From a virus (lineage: Duplodnaviria > Heunggongvirae > Uroviricota > Caudoviricetes), in the IMG/VR virus record IMGVR_UViG_3300028888_000058, positions 39,060 to 103,059 of that record: DNA of 64,000 nt, one strand, 5' to 3'. The notes under the pieces were generated by a model. The model searched no databases and had not been told where the DNA came from. It saw only the letters and a list, made by a program, of their open reading frames with translations. Each line of letters starts with the position of its first letter. The stretch's first letter is position 1. Positions 59,819 through 64,000 of the stretch are shown here, one piece after another. The position numbers and the translations under genes were made by a program.

Positions 59819-61594
59819 TTATATATTTACATTTATAATTTTATATGGATATTTTTCTTCATCATATTTTCTACATTTTGCTAAACCTTGTAGATATATT
59901 TTATTTGATAATATCTTTCTATCAAAACAATCAATTACATCAAATAATATAAATTCTTCCTTAAGTTCAGATAATCCCAACCCACGACCTATTGATTGCA
60001 TATTAATTACTTCTGACTTAAATGATTCAAATAAAACACCATAACAAAGATTTGATAACGTAATACCCGTTGATAACGTACCATAAGATGCTATCAATAT
60101 ACAATCATTATTTTCTTTAAGCATTTGTTTAATCTCATCACGTTTCTTTGGTGATACTGCTCCAGTAATTGTATCTATATGCTTATTTGGAAAACGTTTC
60201 TTAATGATATCTGTTATATAATGAATATATTCTGTATGATGCGCAAGTACCAATGTATTCTTATCACATTGCGCTAATATATTATTGCAAAGATAATCAA
60301 TACGTTCTGTCATAAAATGCGATACCATTCTTTCAACAACTAATGAATTAGTTGATTCTGACATATTGATATAAGTCTTTAATGTTTGAATCCAATTCTT
60401 TTTTCCTTCATCAGTATCTTCATAAAATTGCAATTTCATTTCATTAATACCCATTGGTAGTTTCTTTTTGAACTGTATCTGAAACTGTGGATTATCTAAT
60501 TTTATTCGTTCTTGTACTTTCTTTCCATTACGATTGATTCTTTCTTCTGTTACAAATTCAGATAATGCATATTCCGCGCATAATATATAATTATTAATAG
60601 ATTTCTCTAAATCTTTATAATGAAGTCTTACTTGTGTAATATTTACTTTTGATATATATCCTTCATCCATCAAATATTTTGGCTTAATCTCTTGTATTGT
60701 AGCACCAAGTAATGATTTAAGACAGTAATATTCAATAGTCTTTTTCTTAGGAATCGTTCCAGTCATACCAAAAGCAATTTTAACATCCTTCATAAATGGC
60801 TGACTAATAATTGTCTTAATTTGATTAGCAGTTGCTCTATGTGTCTCGTCAACAAACACTATATCATATCCATTAAAGAAATCTGGATTATACTTTTTAT
60901 TTGGTTTTGATTTTGTTCCTTTATCTAAGAATTTAATTAATGATTGGAATGTTCCTATTGTAAGATTAGCAAATTCAACTAACTTACCACCGCCCCATAC
61001 ACATTCAGTATTAAAGAATTCTGCATATTCTGAAAAATCATTATATCCTTGTGTTACTAACTGAATAGAAGGCACAATCATTAATATCCTTTTAGCCCCA
61101 AGATATTCAATACAATATCTAAATATCATATAAGCTATCAATGTCTTACCTGCACGAGTAGCTAATTCAGATACAGATTGTTTCCAGTTTAATATCTTAT
61201 ATGCAGCTTCATATTGATATGGTCTTGGTGAAAACTTCAATCCCCAGTTATCTACAATTTCTTTAAATTGTTCAAATGTATGCGGTATGTTTCTTTTGAA
61301 TACTTCGCTATGATCTAATAAACCATCAAAAGGAATATCATTTTCTTTAAAGAATAAATATATTTCTTGCCATAAACCTATTGCACAATAATATATGATA
61401 TTACCTGAAGGCTGGACATATGTATATAAGAAATCCTGAGTAAATGGTGGTCCATGATATGTTGAAAGATAACATATAGGATCTGTAAGATTGATATGAT
61501 CCTTAAGTTTCTTTAAATTAATTTCATCATATTCAGAATCATATTTTAAAAACAAATATCTTGGATCACTATCAGAAAAAACAAAATGTATCAT
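59819..61594 (-). CDS. uvsW: SF2 DExH-box DNA helicase, UvsW-like
   Basis: RPYQYEAAY...ATRAGKT (Q motif and Walker A) and FVDETH (Walker B). Length 591 aa and the N-terminal pattern IHFVFSD resemble T4 UvsW (IKVHFHD..., HWYQ...PTSAGKS). Confidence 0.6.
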   Translation of the reverse strand: MIHFVFSDSDPRYLFLKYDSEYDEINLKKLKDHINLTDPICYLSTYHGPPFTQDFLYTYVQPSGNIIYYCAIGLWQEIYLFFKENDIPFDGLLDHSEVFKRNIPHTFEQFKEIVDNWGLKFSPRPYQYEAAYKILNWKQSVSELATRAGKTLIAYMIFRYCIEYLGAKRILMIVPSIQLVTQGYNDFSEYAEFFNTECVWGGGKLVEFANLTIGTFQSLIKFLDKGTKSKPNKKYNPDFFNGYDIVFVDETHRATANQIKTIISQPFMKDVKIAFGMTGTIPKKKTIEYYCLKSLLGATIQEIKPKYLMDEGYISKVNITQVRLHYKDLEKSINNYILCAEYALSEFVTEERINRNGKKVQERIKLDNPQFQIQFKKKLPMGINEMKLQFYEDTDEGKKNWIQTLKTYINMSESTNSLVVERMVSHFMTERIDYLCNNILAQCDKNTLVLAHHTEYIHYITDIIKKRFPNKHIDTITGAVSPKKRDEIKQMLKENNDCILIASYGTLSTGITLSNLCYGVLFESFKSEVINMQSIGRGLGLSELKEEFILFDVIDCFDRKILSNKIYLQGLAKCRKYDEEKYPYKIINVNI

Positions 61595-61613
61595 CTATTT
61601 AATATTTCAAAAA

Positions 61614-61907
61614 TTAATAATTATAATTTAAAGTTTCTATATGTGTATATGTTAATATATCATTTAAGTCTTCAACAGTCTTTACATTAGATCTTAATGT
61701 TCGTTCGATTATTTCTCCTTCATTATTACATTTCCAGCAATCAACATCAAAACAATATTCATTTGATAAAGATTTATATTTTGATTGTACATCTATATAA
61801 TATTCTGGATTTGATCCTGTCTTTTTATATGATCCTAATACTTTTTCTGGATGATTTGTATAGAATCCATTTGCTAATAAAATGTCTGTTGTTAAAATCA
61901 TAATCAA
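61614..61907 (-). CDS. Hypothetical protein
   Basis: ORF only. Confidence 0.4.
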   Translation of the reverse strand: MIMILTTDILLANGFYTNHPEKVLGSYKKTGSNPEYYIDVQSKYKSLSNEYCFDVDCWKCNNEGEIIERTLRSNVKTVEDLNDILTYTHIETLNYNY

Positions 61908-61915
61908 TAAATAAT

Positions 61916-62155
61916 TTATTTTTTTGTTGGGTCTAATAATTTATATGGTAGATCTAATCTATATCTAAAAGATGTATGCGGCCAATGCTTTAAATGGATT
62001 GCACATTTATCATTATAGTTTTTATATTCATTTTCCCATGGGCAAAATCCATCTTTTTGGTAAAACATGCAATTAAAGCATATTTTAATTTGATCATTTA
62101 ATCCAAGTTTAGATTTTGGCTGTAATTGAACTTTCTTTTTTCTAGGCATATTCAA
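61916..62155 (-). CDS. Small Cys/His-rich protein
   Basis: CFNCMFY...C...C..H. Confidence 0.4.
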   Translation of the reverse strand: MNMPRKKKVQLQPKSKLGLNDQIKICFNCMFYQKDGFCPWENEYKNYNDKCAIHLKHWPHTSFRYRLDLPYKLLDPTKK

Positions 62156-62188
62156 TAAAAGGTAGGTATGTAACCTACCTTATATAAA

Positions 62189-62713
62189 TTAATTTGGAAG
62201 CTTCTTCTTTTCTTTATCTTCATCATCCTTTTTATTGAATGTTTCCATCTTACGAATAACGATATCGTGTTTGGAAGCAATATCATATGTAGCTTCAGTA
62301 GCATCTACATAAGCATTATGCAATGGCTCAAAATATTTATTGATTGCTACAACTGCAGACCATTCTGTATAACCAGTAAATGACATTGAACCTAATGTAC
62401 GAAGAATACTGTCAAGCTGTGCATAAGGAATCTTCTTTGCTTTCTTTTCAGGGTTCCAGAAATCGTACATACCAACAAGACCTAATGTATATTGCCATTG
62501 CACGGTCTGCTTATTTAATAGCATACGAATTCCTTCAGCAACTACTTTATAATTATCCTTTGGCAAATCAAATTCAAGTTTAGATACTCTTTCATCATTT
62601 GCTTCAGCATCAGCAATCAATTCTGCTTCAATGTTTTGAAGTTCTTCTAAAGTCTTACCTTCAATAGAAGCTTCATACTCTTTCAAAAACTTTTGTTTTT
62701 CCTCTATATTCAT
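62189..62713 (-). CDS. Hypothetical protein
   Basis: ORF only. Confidence 0.4.
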   Translation of the reverse strand: MNIEEKQKFLKEYEASIEGKTLEELQNIEAELIADAEANDERVSKLEFDLPKDNYKVVAEGIRMLLNKQTVQWQYTLGLVGMYDFWNPEKKAKKIPYAQLDSILRTLGSMSFTGYTEWSAVVAINKYFEPLHNAYVDATEATYDIASKHDIVIRKMETFNKKDDEDKEKKKLPN

Positions 62714-62738
62714 GTATAAACGTTTATATATTTTTGTA

Positions 62739-63260
62739 TTATAGAATTATAAAAAATACTATCAAACCAATTATTGCATATATTGATGTATGTAATAACA
62801 TCTCTTTAAAATTTTTAGCAAATTCCTTTCTTGAAACAATATCAAATATTAATAAATAATTATCTGCTTCCTTTGGGCCAACATGTTTGAATTCCAAATT
62901 AATATAATGATAAAGTTTTTCAATCTTAAACACTTCTCCTATTATATTCAATTGCTTATGAACCCAATGTTTTACGTATTCTTCATTATTTGTATTGTCT
63001 CCATCAAATTCAATTATTGTTCTAGTTATATCAAACTGACCTTCTTTACTTATATTTGGATTTGCAATTCCATATAATCTACCCAACCAATCTTTATGAA
63101 TATTAACATTCAAATATTCTTTTATTACTGTTTTAAATGCATCACTATAAAAAGAATCTGATATATATTCGTAATCTTTAAGATAATCTCGTAAAGAACT
63201 TATTGTTTTACATATTCTACCTATTAAAAGATTACCTAGTAAATCTCTTAAAAACTTCAT
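62739..63260 (-). CDS. Hypothetical protein with a C-terminal TM helix
   Basis: ORF. C-terminal IYAIIGLIVFFIIL. Confidence 0.4.
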   Translation of the reverse strand: MKFLRDLLGNLLIGRICKTISSLRDYLKDYEYISDSFYSDAFKTVIKEYLNVNIHKDWLGRLYGIANPNISKEGQFDITRTIIEFDGDNTNNEEYVKHWVHKQLNIIGEVFKIEKLYHYINLEFKHVGPKEADNYLLIFDIVSRKEFAKNFKEMLLHTSIYAIIGLIVFFIIL

Positions 63261-63478
63261 ATATAGTTAAATGTAATTTTAATTAAAAATAGTAAATAAA
63301 TTTTACTAATTTCAAATAAATAGAAAATAAATTTATATACTATTGAATTTTATATAATATATACTATATTTATATATCATTAAATATATGAATATTATAT
63401 GATTTAAAAATTTATTTTTAATAAAGTTAAATATCTATTTAGCTGAAGTATGATGTAAAAACTAAAATTTAAATATAA

Positions 63479-64000
63479 TATGAAAAGTTTAACTCAAATT
63501 AAAGAAGCAAAATCAAAAATTCAGTTTGATGTACAAAGTAATTCTATAAACTATATTGGGGAAGCTGACCTCAAGAAGTATTTAGAAATTGCTGATAATT
63601 TCATTTCTCCAGAAGCCAAAGACATCATTAATTGGCTTATTGTAAATAATGATACATATATTGCAGAATTATCTAATGATTTAGATGAGAATGCTTTAGC
63701 AGGATTTTATAAAGCTGGTGTTCCATCAAAGGATAATCTTAAAGAACTTTATAAATTACTTGGAACTCTTATTAAGACTGGACGTTATATGGAAATTCCA
63801 GTGTTCCAAACAAAGGCAGAATTTGAATCAATTATCAATAAGAAACAGGCTCCTGACGCAATTATACTTGATTTGAATTCTGAAGCAGGACGTACTGCTG
63901 TTGCTAAGAAATATGAACCACTTATTCATAAGATTGCTAAGCAATGGCTTGGCAAGATTAACCTTGGCTATAATGATCTTTTGGGTTGCTGCTCAGAAGG
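63479..64000 (+). CDS. Hypothetical protein, 3'-partial (open to the window end; not in the ORF track)
   Basis: ATG at 63479 with no stop through 64000 (MKSLTQIKEAKSKIQFDVQ...). Follows an AT-rich divergent intergenic region. Confidence 0.45.

Noticed and set aside
1-64000. A crAss-like phage identity, which AT-richness, giant ORFs and BspA repeats first suggested
   Set aside because: The sheath, the tube (DYWE C-terminus), the gp21-like protease and the gp23-like MCP indicate a contractile-tailed T4-superfamily phage. crAss-like phages are podoviruses.
1-64000. tRNA genes
   Set aside because: No GC-rich 70-90-nt islands with cloverleaf potential were seen in the intergenic regions. GC-richer stretches all lie within ORFs.

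Overview
This AT-rich window (about 28% GC, no clear Shine-Dalgarno sites) looks like part of the virion-module and accessory region of a large, highly divergent T4-superfamily myovirus. The host cannot be determined; the lack of SD sites and the BspA-type LRR proteins are only weak pointers towards a Bacteroidota-like host.

Structural core, read from the translations: a gp21-like prohead protease fused to an acidic repeat scaffold domain (49821..51548), a gp23-like major capsid protein (51666..53450), a tail sheath (53703..56759) and a tail tube ending in the DYWE signature (56842..57426). Upstream are a giant 2368-aa ORF, a beta-helix tailspike-like protein and three tandem BspA-type LRR paralogs with a leftover C-terminal remnant.

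The left 34 kb is mostly accessory and almost entirely plus-strand. It contains:
- four peptidoglycan hydrolases (Amidase_3, a signal-peptide GH24 lysozyme, GH19 and CHAP);
- nucleotide enzymes (an NDK-like protein, a dNMP-kinase-like protein and an NMNAT-like protein);
- a dispersed RNA-repair set (HAD phosphatase, KxDG ligase and Pnk-type kinase);
- a Pol-beta-type nucleotidyltransferase and a DUF285-repeat protein;
- an NfeD-like/flotillin (SPFH) gene pair.

About 21 genes begin with a near-invariant decapeptide M-K-[STND]-[ILF]-x-x-[YF]-[IL]-x-E. It matches the T4 capsid-targeting sequence and the [IL]-x-E specificity of the co-encoded gp21-like protease, which suggests a very large arsenal of capsid-packaged, probably ejected, proteins. 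The array carries recombination scars: start modules followed by in-frame stops, an in-frame fusion, and direct repeats flanking a cassette.

The right end (58.9-63.3 kb, minus strand) encodes a UvsW-like SF2 helicase, two MazG-like proteins and Zn-ribbon proteins.

A hairpin-plus-T-run terminator follows 15 genes or gene blocks. Two tandem-repeat regulatory regions and a recurrent TTTATTTTTATATA upstream motif are also noted.
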